Shown here: positions 12,380 through 51,000 of the stretch, one piece after another
Position numbering within the stretch: position 1 is the stretch's first letter
How the letters are laid out: the number at the start of each line of letters is the position of its first letter
NCBI RefSeq assembly: GCF_964355755.1
Contig: NC_092680.1
Span: forward strand, 20,593,045-20,657,044
Length of the DNA: 64,000 nt
Direction of reading: 5' to 3'
Source of the DNA: Antedon mediterranea
Lineage: Eukaryota > Animalia > Echinodermata
Made by a program: the position numbers and the translations under genes
The notes under the pieces: model-generated
The model's input: the letters and a program-made list of their open reading frames with translations, nothing else
The model's database searches: none
Told to the model about the DNA's origin: nothing

Positions 12380-12702
12380 AAATATGAGATGTTGTTATAA
12401 ATTAGCAGTCTACAAAGGAGAAATTATTGGGTCTGTGTGCATATAACCGAAATGAATTAAGTCAAAGCCGCTTGTTGCGGAGTTGAAGCGATTCACGTGA
12501 AGAAGAAAGCTAAAGGTATGGGTGTCGGCAAGAAGCTTTTGGAAATCGCACTGGCAAGAAATACAGGTTTAAACACGTTGCGTTAAACGACAACTGAATT
12601 GAATTATGAAGCCAGACAACTGTACAAGAAGTATGGCTTCAAGGAAGAAGCGTTTCATTCAAGTAACATTTTTACAATTTATAGGCTAACTTTGCCATTC
12701 TA
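12380..12702 (+). pseudogene. GNAT (NAT8/Camello-like) N-acetyltransferase pseudogene fragment
   Basis: Across a stop and frameshifts it reads LAVYKGEIIGSVCI*, VAELKR/IHVKKKAKGMGVGKKLLEIAL (motif A), EYRFKHVAL/TTTELNYEARQLYKKYGFKEE (motif B). Confidence 0.7.
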
Positions 12703-12737
12703 GATTTTTCTTACAACAGAACAAATGATATTGGAGA

Positions 12738-12940
12738 TGTAGCTTGGTGGTTAATCCGAAGGTCCAGGGTTCAATCCTGACCTACTGTAGCACCAACAAC
12801 TCGCATCTCTTTAACTCCACTCCCTCAAATGAGGCATAATTTTTAAGCATGATACTTTATAAAATAGTTTATCCATCCTTGGCGAGCTACTCGCTGTTGG
12901 ATGCGTATTAAATAAAAAAAAAAAAAATAAATAAATAAAT
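12738..12940 (+). mobile_element. Degenerate tRNA-derived SINE (family 2); relatives at ~27966-28100 (+) and ~36715-36810 (-)
   Basis: gtagcttggtggtta A box, gggttcaatcctg B box, A-rich tail; shared aactccact motif. Confidence 0.5.
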
Positions 12941-14175
12941 GGCGCACCGTAGAAGTAGAGAATGCTCGATCGTCGAAATGACGCTTTAAATACAGTACCG
13001 TACCTCTGTATTTTTGATGTTGTAAATTTTATGTTTAGCGCCCTCTATTTTCAGAAAATTGGGAACAAATAAATATAGAATAGGTTTATTACATAGAGAG
13101 GCCTAGGCTAGAACAATATTAAGATGCCAATGTCTCGACCAATTTGGAAATTTGACTAATTCAGCGCCTTGTTTACGTAACATCAAAAACATGAGAAATT
13201 CTTATTTTTATTAAGAAATGACATTTCAAAACTTTCATCCTATGTCATTCCATTCAACCGCAAGAAGAAGGAGAAGTATCACACGCTCTTTAAAACCGTC
13301 ACCTACAGACAGAGTAGGCCTACCTACACATCTCTATCCACCACCGGGTATCCACTGGTAAGTCTGGCTATAATCTGCAATACGGATAGGATAGGAGGCC
13401 TAGCCGAGGCTAGGTCTAGGCTATACCGTACCACTTATGGATTATCCTAGCCTATTACTAATATATTACTATATACTAATAGTATTAGCTAGGCCTATTA
13501 ATTTTATTGCTTTGTACTATACCATCATCACGAAGCTGCGTATTAGAGGGTAAGCCTATTGGGATTGATTGTTTGTAAGCCTAGTTCTGTGTAACATAAA
13601 CAGTAGATTTTAATACAAAATTGAAATGTTCTTTTTGTGTTGTTGTGAATATGTGGTTATTTAAAAAATGAATAGTTAAGCATAATTAATTAGTACAGGC
13701 ATATAGGCCTAGGCCTATATTATTAATTAATAATAATAGCATGTCTATACTATAATATAGTATAATATAGGCCTACTAGTACTATAGTTATTTTAATAAC
13801 TATTTTGTGTACTTGATACCCAATGCTTGTAGTGTAATTTTAATGTCTTGTTTCTCTCATTTCTTTTTCTCCACAGCCTCCAATATAATAATACAATAAA
13901 TTTAGATAACATGATTACAGCAAATGTTTTTTAGTTAACAATTAACAACTAATTGTTTATGATCTTATGATTAAGCTCTGTCTACACTATTCTATTCAAC
14001 TTTATGTGACAAAACAAAATGTGATGTACTGACCCCCATATGGACATATGATGTCAACATCACTACCATATTTTGGACACATCACAATTTTTTTGTCAAA
14101 CTAGTTTGATAGTGTAGATAGAGCTTTAAAAATTAGATTGGTATTTTTGTTCCACAGTTTTAAACCAATCTGAAG

Positions 14176-38224
<24,049 letters not shown>

Positions 38225-40430
38225 GCTGATTTCTCAATTTATATTCAGGTTTGTGCAACTAGTGTAATATTTTCAGAGAGAAAATAATTTTAGCTATGGT
38301 ATATTATATATGCTTGTTCATACAATTTGGAACTGTTTGCGCCATCTTGTAGCCAAAATACTACTTCTGTTTGCGCCATCTTGTAACCAAGGGACAACTA
38401 CTGTATTTCTATATATAGCTGTTAATATAGCTTTGTCTTAATGGCTCAATCAATAGTCTATTTTTTTAGTCTGATAGGATTATGAACTTTAAATTTGTAA
38501 ATAAGTTGAAATTTGACAATACTAAAAGAATGTTATTGTAATATATTATGCGTGACTTAAGGTGCTTGTATGATACACATACTGTAGTGCAGTAGATACT
38601 TTCAAATGAAAGTAATAACTTATGATGTGGTGTTTAGGTTTAGGGTAACTAAAGAGTAAAGCTTGGTTCCTATTTGAATTCAACACAATGACGTAAGAGC
38701 AAGTTGACCAATCACAAGCAACTGTTGGTTGATCCAAAGCGTCATGATTGGTCAAATTTCTTGTGGTGTATTTATGTCCTTGCGTTGTGTCCAAGTGGGA
38801 ACCAGTCTTAAGAATCCAAGAATTAATTTGGTACATGTTGGTCCAGTATGTGTTACACAAAAATCTGCCCCCACCCCAACCCTCTAAAATGATCACATTT
38901 TGATAAAAGTTGAAACCTTCACCACTCAAATTATTATTATTATTATTTATTACCACGTTTGCACAACACATGAAAGAGGCTCATAATTGATTTTCTCCTT
39001 TCCTCTATGGTTACAAATCATAACTCCAGATGATGTTTACTTTATTTTTTTTGGACACGCTTACCGCAAACCTAACTTGACTAGTGTTCAATCACCAAGC
39101 AAACCTTTAATACGACCTTTGACACAATTTTAAAAAGTATTATATAATTAATTTTAAATTTGCTGAAGCTCGATGCTCATTAGCTGAACAAATGAATAAC
39201 TTTTATTGCTATTAATGCAATTGTATCCACAAATGGGTATTTCACTTGTAGTTACCTTGGCATTTCAAGACATATTTATTCATTACCATATATTTTTTGA
39301 GAGCCAATCCAGTTTCAGTATAATTATGTGGCAGAGAATTACAGTACTTATTTAATTTTAAAACAATAATATAAAATAATGTAATTATTATATCATGGAG
39401 TAAAGAATAATAATAATAATATTCTTTACTCCATGATTATATTAACTTATTGTGCTGTAAAATATTACTGCACCAAGAACTAAAGAATGAAGGGGGAAAC
39501 ATTAACCAATGATTTTCATCAAGCTAGGTAGTCACTTTCACAAATTGCTGTTGGGCCCAGGTCACAGTTAGGGAGTCAATTACAGATAATCCTATTGTAA
39601 ATCTTGTACTGTATTTATAATCTGAAATAATAATAAGATGTTGCTATACCATCTATGTAATAATAATGTAAATGAGTGTAATTTAGTGTAGTATTTTGCT
39701 GAATGTGGTTACTCTGTCCATGAACAATAATTGGTTATTTTTAAATATATTTATAGGCTTGCTATGTATTCTCTTGCATTTTAGTGCCTTTTATATTTAA
39801 AGTTCAAATATTTTTGATGAATTTATTTCTTGATATATAGTATAGTATTGGTTTCTAAATATCAAATTATATAATAATTAAAATTTGCGTAAAACCTTCG
39901 TGTTTATTATTATTATTATTATGGTGGTAAACTTGAAATATGACCTTATTTGAAGTGTACTTAAATTCTTTTTAGTTTCATGCTATTTATAATGGTGGTT
40001 GTAATTCCAATTGATTTTAATTTATAATATGAATTTCAATTGAAATATTTAATTACAGTATTGTTAGTCTTTAAGTGCAATATACGAGTGTAGTGATTGT
40101 ATTTAAGTCAAAATAAATTGATAACAATTTAAGTTTAGCATTTGTGTTTTTTTTTCCTGCAATTCTATTCAATAACTTGGGTAACTTGGCTGAACAGTGC
40201 ACAAATGTGAATGCTCATGAAGATGAGGTGTAGAATTTTCAGTCAATTGTTTTATGTAAAATAAGTGCAGCGTCTTGTAATTATCTTACTGTGATGTTCC
40301 AAATAAAGAAGTTTTTTACGCTTTTGGCGCTCCATATGCAATGTATTGCAGATCTTATAGAGGGCGCTATTTGTTTATTAATTAACACACATGTGCTCTC
40401 AGCTCTCTCTACGCCTCTCTGAGAGAAGAA

Positions 40431-41577
40431 ATGGACGAAGTTTATTGCGCCTCTAAAGAATTTTGTCCACGTTGTGGTACAATTCTTCCATTTCCTATAA
40501 AAGGAAGTGTTATGATATCATGTAGAAATTGCTCTTATGAAACAGATGCAAGAGGTTTGTATAGAGTCTGTGTGGTTAGTGATTCGTGAGCCTGCTCCCA
40601 GACCGTCCAACAGTGCTGATAATCGATTGGTGATGCCAGAGAGTGTCAGAAGGTCGTTTCGCCCTAGGCGAATACACATGTATTTAAATTAGTGTAGGCT
40701 AGTTTAAAACACTTTTACTCTGTTGTTTATGTAAAGTATATTAAAGGCCCTGTCTTAAACGTTTTGAAAAATATAATAAATAAAAAAATATTGAATTAAA
40801 TTAATTAAATTCTAAACAATTTAATTACTGAACTGATCCAATTTTAAATTCAATACTGCGTCTGAAACTGAAAGACTAGACAGAAATAAAAAATGATGTT
40901 GATTTGTTGATGATGATGATTGTTTCTGCAGAAGAGTTTAAAAATGTGGTGTATCATACGCACATTCATGTCAACACTCGCAAAAATCCAACGGCAGCAG
41001 CTGAGCCAGTAACAAAGAAAGATTATGGAACACTAGTAAGTATGCGTGTCAAGCTAGCTCTACACTATCAAACTTCATGTGACAAAAAAATGTGCCCATG
41101 GACATGATGATTTTATATCACTACCATATATTGGCATATCACACTTTTTTTGTCAAACTAGTTTGATAGTGTGGACAGAGTTTAGATTTCAAATTTATCT
41201 CAAAAATATGTTTGAAAATTCACTTGATTTGAAAGTCACAATAATAATGTTTTCACCTTAATTAAAAATCACAAAATAAAGATGTACCAATCAATAATTA
41301 TTTATTATTTTTGTGCAGATTGAAAGAACTTGTGTAAAGTGTGGTCATGATAAACTTCATTTTCACACACGTCAGACGAGGTCAGCTGATGAAGGTCAAA
41401 CAGTGTTTTATTACTGTCCCGAGTGCAAGTAAGTAAACAGCGGACAAACTGTCAGAACGTGTCGTGTGTACACCATCTTATTATTTCAAGCAATAACAGT
41501 TACAATGTCTGTGTAATCATTAATGTGTTTTATCTTTCTTTATCTTTTTCAGACACCAGGAAATTGAATACAGTTGA
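40431..41577 (+). CDS. POLR1H: RNA polymerase I subunit RPA12 (ZNRD1); exons 40431-40554, 40932-41035, 41319-41428, 41553-41577
   Basis: N-terminal Zn ribbon [14 protein letters not shown]; C-terminal TFIIS-like [35 protein letters not shown]; canonical splice sites. Confidence 0.93.
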
Positions 41578-42466
41578 TGTTTTTCTACTTCATTTTGATT
41601 TACTGGATACATTTTGGTAAAATATAAACTTGAACTTGATTGGCGACTCCATTGCCATTGAAATATAAATTTAAAGTAAATACTGTATTAGATTGTGTCT
41701 GTGGTGAAACATCCATTGAGTGCTTAGGTAAATGAAGTTTCATTGAGGACCACCATGGAAGTACCACTGGCCTGCAATATATCTAATCAACTTTCTACGT
41801 GTTTCATGTCATTTTAAGCATGGGAGCGATGTGTGCACGTAGCGCTAAAAACATCTTTTTCCGCGTGAATTATGTTTTCCAGCCTTTTAGAGTATTTTTA
41901 CCAACTTTTAAACAATTTTGATGTAAAATCATGTCATACGAGCACTTCGAATTGGACAATTCGCACATGTTTTTGATGAAAAAGTTTTTAAAAAATCGTC
42001 AAAATTATGCCTTTTTGTAAACAGTCATAGTTTCAACTACATGGTGAAGTTTATTTTTATTACATAAGGCCAACAAAAAGCTGCAAAATTGAACAAGTAA
42101 TTTACAAATTGAAATTACAAATTTAAAACTCAAGCATGACATCAACAAAAAAGAAGGAAATTGAACAGATTGCAAGATAAAAAAAAAAGAAATTGATATT
42201 ATTTTAATTTGATCAATACAGTTAATCTGAGCACTATATAAACAACAAGAATACTATCACAATTTATAACAATATAATAAATCTAGTACATTTTGTAGAA
42301 AAAAAATTACTAAGGAATATTAATTTATTCTTATAGGGCACTTACATTTTATCATGTGACCCACAATTGTCCAATTAAATGACAGGAATCTAGGTGTCAT
42401 AAAGATGTATTGATATCCAGTAGTCTGAAGCATCTTACTTTAATGTAGGTATACAAAATTAATGTA

Positions 42467-43085
42467 ATGTTTCAGAGACGCTTTACACGATCATGCTTCC
42501 CACGTTTTTTTCACATGGATTATGACATGCGGCCGTACGAACAAAGGTTACGGACTCTAAAATTACCAACGATTTATAATAGACTTAAATTCATCCGTGT
42601 TAAATTTGTTGTGAAGTGCCTCTGTACAGATTCCCTAATTGATGGTGCTTTGCTACCTAAACCTGTTGAACGTAGAAGTGAGAAACTTGTTTTCAGACAT
42701 GAGAAGTCTCGTACTAATGCTTTTTTTTATTGTGTTTTTATTTCATTTCCACGGATGTGGGATGAGATTCCGGTATATATCACAGACATGTTTATTTATA
42801 ATGATTGCAATTTTTATTCTGTTTTATATAAATTCTATCTATGTTACCAGGTTGTTAAATGTTTAACCTTGTTTATGTTATTTTGCCACCAGCACTATCT
42901 GGAGAGTCTTTTATAGCGATATTTTTGCTTTTTGACAATCCGCCAGGATAGTGTCCTGCGTTTTTTCTCTGCTTGTTGTTCTATGTAATTTTTGCTTTTT
43001 ATATTTTTTTGTTTTATTTTTCTGTATAATAAATTTAGGTTCTGAATTAAAGGCACACATTCTGTTGCCTGAAAAGTCTTGCTAA
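42467..43085 (+). mobile_element. 3' fragment of a CR1/L2-type LINE
   Basis: YEQRLRTLKLPTIYNRL...SRTNAFFY..FPRMWDEIP resembles the post-RT C-terminus of CR1-clade ORF2. Confidence 0.6.
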
Positions 43086-44354
43086 TTATGTCCAATGTTA
43101 TTTTCTTATGTACTGTATTTGAGTATCCATGAATACTCTAGTGGGAACCAAGCTTTAGGTGATAAGTGTAAACTTATTTTAGATGGTAAGAATATGATTT
43201 AACTTATGCATGATAACAATTATAATATAAATGTTCAAATGTGAATTTATAGTGGTTTGTATAATGTATTTACACCAATTAATTGTTCTCCATTTGTGAA
43301 AAAAAAACTCCATATAAATATCCTGGCTATGAGCTGAGCTTGGATGTAAGCCTAGATGGTAAATAGGAATGCACTAGCAACAGAAAAAAAAACAGTTTAT
43401 GTAAATTATTTTATGAAAATATAAATAATATTCTGGACATACACATTTAATACGACAAACAATAATGTTTTAACATTTTATGTTTTATTTTATTCAGTCA
43501 AAACCAACAGCTATACATACCGCCACTAACCGGTTTGAAACATAAAACAATACAACATCAAAACGGTTAACAATAAAATACAGATAATATATAAATATAA
43601 AACATAGATCGGCATGCCATAAACAATTTCAATTAATCAAACAGGTTATGCAGGCTGTTCAAGAAGTGAACACATAATCATCCTCTTAAAATAACCAAGT
43701 CTATCATTAAAAATATCGATATGATTGCTATTTAGATTATTAAATGTATATGGAAGTCTATGAAAAAAATGTTGGAAACACAATATGAGTAATACAAAAT
43801 GATGATGCATTGAAATGATTCAGTTTGACGCAACTTTAACATTAAGGAGTAAAAAATGATTAGTGAACTTACAAAGAGATCCAATGAGATAATCCTAAAT
43901 GGTTAGTGAACTTTACAGAGATACAATGAGATAATCATAAATACAATACTATGGTACAATGTTTGTTGGGATTTCCAGTTCTATTTCTGTAGCATATTTA
44001 TTTATATTACTCTATGGTTGGTCAAGTTATGATTGGGCTTGGGTGCTAAACTACCCTTTTCATCTCTTAACTTCAAAGTGGTGGCTTCTGGGTGCTTTAA
44101 ACAGAAAATAACCTATAGTTACAATACCAACTGTCAATTACCAAGACAATTTGGTCTAAATCAAAAACCTCTACAGTACTTTCACCTATATACAACATCT
44201 ATAACAACAAAATATCAATTATCAAGCCTCTAACTTTTTATTACGTAGGCCTCTATGTCTACACACAATTTTTGCACAGAAGTATATAGAGAATTATTGA
44301 GCCATGGAAATTATTAAAATAAGAACCAAACAAGTCAACCACTAAACCATACTG

Positions 44355-44905
44355 CATTTGGATTTAGCTTTGGTTTTGTTGCTGGCACCGGCTTTAGCTC
44401 TGACTCTGGCCTTAGCTCGGACTCTGGCCTTGGCGCTGGCACCGCCTTTAGCTCCGACTCTCGGTTTGTCATTAACTATGGCTTTGACTTTGGCTTTGGT
44501 GCTGGCACCGGCTTTAGCTCTGACTCTGGCTTTAGCTTCAACTCTGGCTTTGGCTTCAACTCTGGCTTTGGCTTTAGCTTTGGTTTTGTTGCTGGCACCG
44601 GCTTTAGCTCTAACTTTGGTACTGGCTTTGGCGCTGGCACCGGCTTTATCTCGGACTCTGGCTTTGGCACTGACTCTGGCTTTGGCTTTAGTTTTGGTTT
44701 TGTTGCTGGCACCGGCTTTATCTCCGACTCTGGCCTTGGCTTTAGCTTTGGCGCAGACACTGGCTTTAGCTCTGACTCTCGCTTTGGTACTGACTCTGGC
44801 CTTGGCTTTAGCTTTGGTGCTTGCACCGGCTGTAGCTCTGACTCTCGCTTTGCCACTAACTCTGGCTCTAGATCTAACGCTGGCAATGACTCTGGCTTTC
44901 GTACT
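44355..44905. repeat. Low-complexity hexamer-based repeat (ggcttt/ggcacc/gactct)
   Basis: 6-bp periodicity yields (LA)n and (KPE)n pseudo-ORFs. Confidence 0.75.
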
Positions 44906-45082
44906 GGTTCGTTAGTAGGGCCTATATAATGGAATAACACAATACTAGGATTTGTATAGTTTTATTTTGATTAATAATGATGAATAGTGATGACAAGGAT
45001 AAAACATAACAGTCTAACGATACCTATCCATATATATTTCTTTCTTCCACATGGAACAGAAATAAAATATTATAATAGAAAA

Positions 45083-48000
45083 TTACTTGCATAAAATGTT
45101 TCTTGCTTTCTTTCCAATACGATCTGCAAACACACTTAATTTTGATGGTTCATCCTTAAGAAGGAATTCACTTTCCAAGTTAAAAACCACGTCCCACATG
45201 TTTTGAAAACCAAATCTTCGTAGTCCATAATAAGCAATGACATCATGTAACTCCTTTTGTCCCACTTCGTTCAATGCTGTAAACAATCGCTTCCGGTAAG
45301 AGGATAACTTATCACCAGTACCTTTGACGTTGTTATCTTTCATATACTGCTTTACCAGATCTACAGCAAGCTGCAAACCTGATAATTCGGCAACCTCAAA
45401 TAAGATGGTGACGTCATTAGGTTTGATTTCACAGTGGTCATGGAGCACATTGAACAAATCAGTTGCTATGAAATCAGTACGTGTGAGGTCTGCTCTAGGA
45501 ATAACATCAAACAAGCAACATTTCAGCCAAAGGTATCTTTCTCCATCATAGTGTTTGCCAAGATTATATTTGAGGTCGTTGAACTTGGTTTGTAAGTCTA
45601 ACATTTCACTAGATGTTGGTTTGGTCTGAGATTCTTCAGACAACTCTGTACAAAGACAAAATATCAGAAAATTATTTTCAACAAATAGTATTATTTTGAC
45701 ACTGACACTGGAAATAAAATAATACAATTACAACAATATCAGGTCAATTGTAGAATTGAATTATGAATACCAGGAACCTAAAAAGATGAGAAAATAGGCA
45801 ATTACACAGGATAACGATTTTGTGGTATGTCTGTATATGCATTTATGCTTTTAAATCCAACATATACATTTAATTCAAGTGTATTGGTACAACCACGGAC
45901 CTATTATTGTAGGTCAATGGTACAACTATGTTTATATAAAATAAACAGTGGGCATAATTTGATGACGAACAGCAATAGTATCACAGAACGATAGTAAGAG
46001 AGAGGACTGTTACAAGTTCTTATCTTGGCAAGTATTGTGTTCCTTAGATAACGTTGGTGCACATTAAAACAAGAGATTGTATATTTGTAAGATGAGGTTG
46101 CTTTTTTAGCAATTAACGATAACAAAGGTTGATATGTAATTATGACAAAGCTGTGATGACAACAATAAAGCAACAAAGAAAGAACAACTCACCAGTTGAA
46201 AAAAAGTGTTTGATGTGAGCAGTATCCATAGCATTCTTTCTTCCACATGGAACAGAATCATTTTGCAAACACTTGTCAAGATCAATTAAGTGATGCTCAT
46301 ATGGTTCACAAGCAGTACATAACACACGTAGATTGTAGCCAATGCCCTCGTATATATTGCAAACAGTTTTCAGTTGCTCCTTCAGATAGTTTAGAACCTA
46401 AAACATGGATTGACATTTAATTTTGTGTTACATATTAAATTTATTTTTATTCATTTTTTTAAAATTTAAAATACAGGATAACACAATTCAGAAATATGGT
46501 GATTTTAAATATGGTCCTGTTTAAAGCCGTAACTAAAACAAATGTGTTATTTGTTTGTTATTTTGTTCAAAAGTAATAATCTAATATTGATTACCTCTAT
46601 GCAGACACTAGGTTGTGGTTCAGATATCAACTTTTGTTCGGTCTCATTACCTGCTGTACCAACACGACGCTTAATTTTATTCCAGCATGATATTTCAAGC
46701 TATTAAGGAAGATATTCATTAAACAAAAATTAACAATAAACTCAACAGATTTAATTGGTAATAATACACGATTTAATTTATTTTGCATAGTTTGTGCATT
46801 ATGATGTACTGTACGATCATAAAGAAAGCAAAAGTGTGCAAAACAGACAGAAAGCAAATTGCACACACTACATTTCAACTTAAATCGGTTATAATAATTA
46901 AATGCCAATGCTCCAAATCTTAAAACTAGTAATATAATTAGTATATATAAAAATATGAAATATAATCTTTTAGTTATCTGGTGTTGAATGCAAATTGTGA
47001 CAAAAACTTGTTCTAATTGTCTTTTTTATGCTTTTAATGTATATTTTAATTGTTTTTTAATATTTTATTATTATATAATGTATATTAAATTTAAAGTTTT
47101 TATATCTGTCAAATTTGGCTGCCTGTATGGTTTCTTTTATTGAATAAATTAAATAAATACCTTGAATAATAATAATAATAATGAATGAATTCTGTAATTT
47201 ATTTCATACCTTTAATGCGTATGGTTTTTCCTTTTCATGGTTAATTTTGACAGAACCTAAACTGACAGTGTGATTACTAAATTTGAAATCACTACGATTA
47301 CGGAACACTTCTGAATCATCACTACCCTTTTCAGTCATCAATTCGAGGAATGCAACAACCAAAGTGTTGTACACTGCATCAGGGAGAAAGTCAGTTGGAG
47401 TCAGATAAATAGATACAGTTTGTGTGTCATCTGCTGTGACTTTCAGAATGTCTTTTTTGTCAACTTTCATTCGGCAGGGAACCAGGAATACCCGATTACC
47501 TTCTTCAATTCCCTATTAATATAAACATCACAATTACACATAAATTAGTGATTAGTAAGAACTAAACAATTTAATAAAAAAAAACATTAAAAGTGTATAG
47601 TATGTGCGTACCTTTGTTTTCTCAAAGAGCAAATGAAAAACTTTCATTAATTCTACAAAGACATCAAAGAGACCTTCATCTTCGTTTCGCCACAAATAAC
47701 GTAGTAACTTCTCCTCAAGAACTCCTTCATTGCTCAGCTTTTCCCATAGCTTCTGTAATTGCTTCCGATCTTCTGCATCGATCTGTGTACAAAAAATTAT
47801 AGTACAAACAGATTCCAAATGCAATAGACCTACTGATATACAACTAATACCAAGTTTAAAGAACTATATTGTTTTACTTTTATTTGCAATCTAGTATGTT
47901 AAAATATAATTATATAATTTGCATTTACTAACCATTTCAAACGTTGGTTCAACTACTGTGATGACTTGCATCAAAATTTTAATCATCCAGTGAAGATTTG

Positions 48001-51000
48001 TTATCACAATGTTTCTTAATTTCTCATTAGTTCCGGTGTACATGATTATTCCAGTGTCATTCAGATAACTTATGGCAGTGGTGAGTACATCTTGAAGAAT
48101 TCCACATTGAGTTGCAATCTTAGAAACCTAATGCAGAATTGACATTTTATTATTATTATTACACTAAATTCACTCGACAAATAAATAATTAAACAGGACA
48201 GTACTAGTAGTACAATAATAATAGCCACTACTACAGTACTACAAGTACACAGTATTGGATACAGTCTGCTCATGTCCGCATTACTGACAATGTTTGATTA
48301 CAATTATTATACAAGTACTGTAAATATTCTGTACACATACAACATGTTGAATGATAAAATTCTACAACTATACATTGAAAACCAAATTCATTCAACCCCT
48401 ACCTCTGTCAAGGTAATGTACAATCTTGTTTTTCCAATTATTTGCAACTTTTCCTGCAAATTAACCCACTTTACAGGAACTTTCTTCACCATTGCTTTCA
48501 TGTATCTACCAACGTTTCGTTTAAGTTTTTCAATACCTTCATGTGACTTTACAGTGTTATCCACCATGTACATTTCACGATCTACATGCTTGGCATACGG
48601 CATTCCTTTCATTGCATCAAACATCTGCATGAACATCCCCTCAGCCTTTATTTGATGAAATTGTATAATCATAACATTACTAACTAATAAAGTATGTTTC
48701 TTTTCTTTCTTATACTACAAATCTGTTCAGTTTTGTTGAATAGTTATATAAATGTATACTACAGTTATTACCTTTATCTGTTTTTCTGTTGGTGATCCTG
48801 ATAATTTGTCCATATGTGTAGCAATCAAACAGATAGGAGGTGACTCTATGCTCTTGCCATCAATTAAAATGGGGTTTCCTGAAAGATGCTGTAACACAGT
48901 ATGTTCATAAATGGACCTTATCCAGAACAAATTCATATCCAAATTTGTCATTCCGAGTGAATCCTGAAATCAAAATGAAAATCAAATTGTTATTTAAAGT
49001 TTACTAACATTATAACTATAATCAATACCAAGTTATGTTTTAAATTAAACAATTGACTGTGAATAAACGTTACTTACTATTGACGAATCTCGTGGATTAG
49101 CTAATTCATTCAAGTTGTCCGTAACACAAAATACCACACAATACGCCACTTTATTTGTGAGGAAAAACTATAAAAAAATACAATTTTTTGTATGTTAATG
49201 GGTTAATGGAATTTAGCTTGTAGGCCTATATTACATTGTTTGTTCATAATACTTCCATATATTATTTTAACTTAAGAAGTTAACAAATACAATTAGTTTT
49301 ATCTACAGTATACCCATAAAGGCAAACTCAGACAGCATCGTACAATGAGGCCCGACGAGAAAATTAAAACATTTTTAATGTTCTCCCAACGATCTAAAAA
49401 CTATCCCCGATAGACAAGACAACTCGTCGGGCCTCGTCTTGTCAGAATTCAACTCAGACAGCACCAACAAGTCAAGACGTTTTGTCGGGCCTTAAGAAAG
49501 AAGCAACTCTTACACTTATTTTATCTATACCTAAAAGAAAAAAGATGCACATCTAGTACAACACCAATTATCTCAAAACAATGCATTAAACAAGCATACC
49601 CTGTGTGTTATGTAGTAGTCTAGTTGACCAGCGTAGTCCCATATAGTAGTTATGTCACTCACATCTACCTTTCCTGTTGCCTTTGCAACACTTTTCCTTG
49701 CAATATTCACAACTTTAGCCCAGGTTTTATCATTGCCTATTTAAACACAATAACAAAAAATCACTATGGTAATATTGCTTGATATACATAAATCTGCAGA
49801 TATAAAAAATGACAACATTTTAATATTTTAGTATATGTGCCTACCTTCATCTAATTTCTTTTCCAATGCATTTGCACGAATTTGCTTCGATAGTTCAACA
49901 CCTTTACAAAGCAAGAAAAATGAAACATGTATATTTATAGATACACAATATTTACAAATTAAATACATGTTTAAATACTTTCTAACATTGTTCAATCATT
50001 CTGTCTTTATACTATGTATGTAATTGAACAATGCTTTGTTTATTTGTTAAAGTTTCAAGAGTTTGTTTGATGCTAACTCACCATCTACATCTTCCACCTT
50101 CTTCCACTTTCTACAATCCTTCTTTGTTGCTTGAAACACTGTAGTTGTTACAATACCATCTGTTGATGGCTCTCTGGAATTAAACCTAATAATAATGCAT
50201 AGTAAAGTTAAACATAATTAAAGAATATTCAAGACTGAAACATCTATTATTTACTGAAAACAGAAATTATGAGTCGACAGTACCAAGGAAGAAACATTTG
50301 TGTCACTTATTAGTTTATTGGTTTAGATCGGTTTGCCTCTCAGGGTCATTGCATGTGTTTGATGACCATGGAGCTAATGATTTATGATCTCCTTAGAGTA
50401 CATTGGTATTTAATGAGTGACAGTCAACCTCGTTATATTAGGTGCGGGGTTATTGTGTTGCAGGGCGAGGCATTCACTCCATAGCCGTCTTAACACGAGC
50501 ACTATACATTAGCTGGGCACAATTTCCCACCTCCACCCCTTACTCCTTCCATTTTAGGACACGGAAGTTCTGGAGGGAGTATTGCCTTTTTTGGCACCCA
50601 CTATCAAGCATTTATCATTATATCATTTATATCTAACTTTATATGGTGGATGTTAACTACGAGGTTTAATTAACTAATTTTAGTTTCCCGTTAAGTTATA
50701 TCTATCTATGTGATCAATTAATTTACTAATTTATATTAACTATTAATATTATTACTATTATATTGTACTATTATGTTTTAAGGTAGAGAGTGACTCGCCT
50801 TTTGTAGGGAAGCACAATACTCTCATATGTTTAGATGTAATTTAGAATTGAGTGCTTCCCTATTTTGCGTCATTATTGAATAAAATGACATTTGACACTT
50901 ATATTCATTTCTGTGTTTTTGTGGGAGCCATTTGTCACAAAGGCAATCCTAGCTAGCATAGGTTTACTTTATACAACTATGCATTTGAGTAAAGGTAATA

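Noticed and set aside
40575-40660. Box C/D snoRNA in POLR1H intron 1
   Set aside because: No proper RTGATGA box C or terminal stem; more likely a repeat fragment.
44358-44940. 185-aa Leu/Ala and 154-aa Lys/Pro/Glu ORFs
   Set aside because: Produced by a hexamer-periodic repeat lacking stops; no splice context or domain, and it lies past the ROCO stop codon.
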